NCBI GenBank assembly: GCA_002269645.1
Contig: NIVC01000816.1
Coordinates: forward strand, 13,673 to 77,672
Reading direction: 5' to 3'
Length of the DNA stretch: 64,000 nucleotides
Source of the DNA: Macrostomum lignano
Lineage: Eukaryota
Shown: piece by piece, positions 62,501 through 64,000 of the stretch
How positions within the stretch are numbered: the stretch's first letter is position 1
Layout: each line of letters opens with the position of its first letter
The notes under the pieces: generated by a model
The model's database searches: none
What the model was told of the DNA's origin: nothing
Seen by the model: the letters and a program-made list of their open reading frames with translations, nothing else
Program-made: the position numbers and the translations under genes

Positions 62501-63782
62501 CTGTCGGCGTGGTGAAAGTCGAATGCGTTCTCGCAGTAGTCCACTGGGAGCAGCTGGCTGGACTGGCTGCAGCTGTGCAGGTTGATGCGCTCTGGGGGGG
62601 GGGGGTGATGGAGTCCGTATACTGGTGATGACGATTTGGGTTAAACAGAGTTGGGCGGCGTTTTAACAGATCACAGAAGCGATTTGGAGGCATTCAGGGA
62701 GATCAAAGAAAAAATTAGCGGCATTTAGGAAGATCAAAATGGGAATTGATGGCATTTAGGGATATCGAAGGTTGAGTGGTTGGCACTTAGGAAGATCTAA
62801 GATGGAGTTGGCGTTATTTATTATTAATAATAATTTATTACACCTTCCCCAATTGGGCCAGATGTGCAACCGACAGCTCAGCCGCAGCCATTGCGCGGCG
62901 CATCTGAAGGCTGCGTACGGCTGTTCAGTCCAAGGACTGGCGGGTCGCCACACACCCTCAATTACCCCAGCTAATGCTGGCACCCATTTTACAGCTGGGT
63001 GAACTGAAGCAATGCAGGGCTAAGTGTCTTGTTAAGGGGCACAAATGGTTCCAGTGGGATCGGGAATCGAACCCCCGACCTTAAAGTCGGGAAACCGACA
63101 CTCTAACCACTACGCTACAACCCCTATTTAGGAAGATCAAAGAAGGATTTGGTGGCATTCAGAAGGATCAAAGAAGTCGGCTGACACAATGATGAATCGA
63201 AGAATTATTTGGCAATGCATCGAAAAGCAATTAATACCTCTGAGTTTTACCTCTGATTTTGAAGATTATGTACTTTCCATTCAGCAAGCGACATTTCACA
63301 GTTCCAATAGTCAGAGCGGCAGTGCAACTCGCCAGCTGCACCGGAGCCCCGGTTCTGCTGCTCAATATGGCGCTGAATATCAGCATCTTATTGGAGGACT
63401 GCGGATACTTCAGCGGAATCGAGAAGTAGTCTGAAGTGAGTTAAGCCAAAAACAAATTTCCTTCGTCATTTAGTAGTACATGTAGGGTTCATAACCCGCA
63501 ATTTTGGTTCACTCACTCCAAAGTCTCAGTACAGCCCTTGGTTCGCGGCCCCATGGGTTCCGCACACGCAGAACAGAATTCGCTCGCACTCACCGGAATG
63601 CCGAGGGTGCAGGACGGTCAGCAGCTTGTTCTCATAGTAGATCTTCAGCTTCAGATCGTCGGCTTGAAGTGGCTCATCCGGGCTGAAGGTGCCGTCGGAG
63701 TTCTGACGGAAAACACCCAGCACCTTCAGGTCCACAAAGCGGTCCGTCTGCCCCAGCTGGCTGACTTCTAAGGGCGGGGCCG
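55302..63782 (-). CDS. 3' part of a multidomain extracellular protein: F-type lectin (FTP)-like domain, CUB domain, RRKR site and Cys-rich tail; exons 63782-63594, 62543-62199, 57217-about 56801, 56186-56072, 55642-55302; 5' end outside the window
   Basis: FTP-like: RCAQTKVSYQPWWKA...YSRRD...LSLCELVAYG. CUB: CGSMTF...PYETALRCQWLI...VLLTFPEFRT...DYVDVYEG...RFYG...MTVVFVTD...GFTL. Phase-1 GT-AG joins are consistent for the first three exons; the donor of the CUB exon and use of the 56186-56072 exon are uncertain. Confidence 0.7.
55735..56035. repeat. About 24-bp tandem repeat (AGTCTATGACCGCAGAGAAAMGCC)
   Basis: Direct reading; intronic. Confidence 0.75.
56365..56740. repeat. CTCTGATTGGCTGG-based repeat with an embedded (CT)n microsatellite (about 56506-56573)
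   Basis: Direct reading; intronic. Confidence 0.75.
57228..57796. repeat. 17-bp minisatellite (GTCAGGTGGGTCAGTTA), left part; continues at 61915-62188 after the LINE
   Basis: The same unit flanks both sides of the LINE. Confidence 0.9.
57797..61914 (+). mobile_element. Near full-length ORF2 of a LOA/Lian-like non-LTR retrotransposon (APE, RT, RNase H, CCHC); ORF1 missing
   Basis: LQINLQH, LIQEPW, GGDLNAHH, SDH (APE); FLDIVGAFD, GGPQGGVLTP, GYADD (RT); YTDGSK, HSDSQAAL, WVPGHVGIRGNELAD (RNase H); CSFC...ETAEHFVSIC; (TAAG)n tail. Interrupted by one in-frame TGA (58544-58546) and a MITE. Confidence 0.9.
59315..59481. mobile_element. Tc1/mariner-type MITE, 167 bp, inserted in the LINE ORF2
   Basis: 28-bp perfect TIR CGAGGGGCACTATTAAAGTTCTGAGCCT, TA TSD (59313-59314 and 59482-59483). 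Removal restores the frame EAAKI|PSFLRL. Confidence 0.9.
61915..62188. repeat. 17-bp minisatellite, right part
   Basis: Same unit as 57228-57796. Confidence 0.9.
62812..63124 (-). mobile_element. tRNA-derived SINE with a CORE-like central domain
   Basis: Minus strand: A box GTAGCGTAGTGGTTAG, B box GGTTCGATTCCC, then GTGCCCCTTAACAAGACACTTAGCCC...CACCCAGCTGTAAAATGGGT, ending in a (TTA/ATA)-rich tail. Confidence 0.8.
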
Positions 63783-63819
63783 CTGAAATGAGGAATGAGA
63801 ACACCCCGGCTTTGATATG

Positions 63820-64000
63820 GTGACAGCCAATTAGAGAGCGACTGCTTTAAGATTGTAGCAGCCAATTAGAGACGAACCAAATAGAGATTGCAACAGCCAA
63901 TCAGAGACGAACCAAATAGAGATTGTAATAGCCAATCAGAGACCAACAAATACAAATTTTAACAGCCAATCAGAGACGAACCAAATAGAGATTGTAGCAG
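63820..64000. repeat. About 36-bp repeat (CAGCCAATCAGAGACGAACCAAATAGAGATTG..), intronic, runs off the window end
   Basis: Direct reading. Confidence 0.7.

Noticed and set aside
63050-63124. Functional tRNA gene
   Set aside because: A and B boxes are present, but the sequence runs on into a SINE body and tail without a convincing acceptor stem.

Overview
Eukaryotic, almost certainly metazoan, DNA: GC-rich spliced exons, minisatellite-filled introns and AT-rich CpG-poor spacers. The style suggests a free-living flatworm such as Macrostomum (inference only). All host genes I could build are on the minus strand. In order they are: the 5' end of an ATP6AP1/Ac45-like gene; a 2-exon MRPL30; a 4-exon dye-decolorizing (DyP) heme peroxidase with a mitochondrial-type presequence; three tandem 5-exon signal-peptide ferritins (one with an intact ferroxidase centre, one with a substituted centre, one probable pseudogene); and part of an F-type-lectin/CUB protein. 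The most striking system is an animal DyP sitting next to a triplicated secreted-ferritin array, a candidate heme/iron-handling cluster. Mobile DNA is heavily nested. A 7.6-kb foldback element (3-kb near-perfect arms, CAC...GTG ends, 4-bp TSD; Chapaev-like) and an I-group LINE both interrupt one piggyBac transposase relic. There is also a 2-kb palindrome, a nearly intact LOA-like LINE carrying a mariner MITE, hAT MITEs (one carrying the 28S rRNA R2-target sequence), a long-TIR mariner relic, RTE and Gypsy fragments and a tRNA-derived SINE. Exon boundaries were read by hand from GT/AG sites and frame continuity; no database searches were possible.
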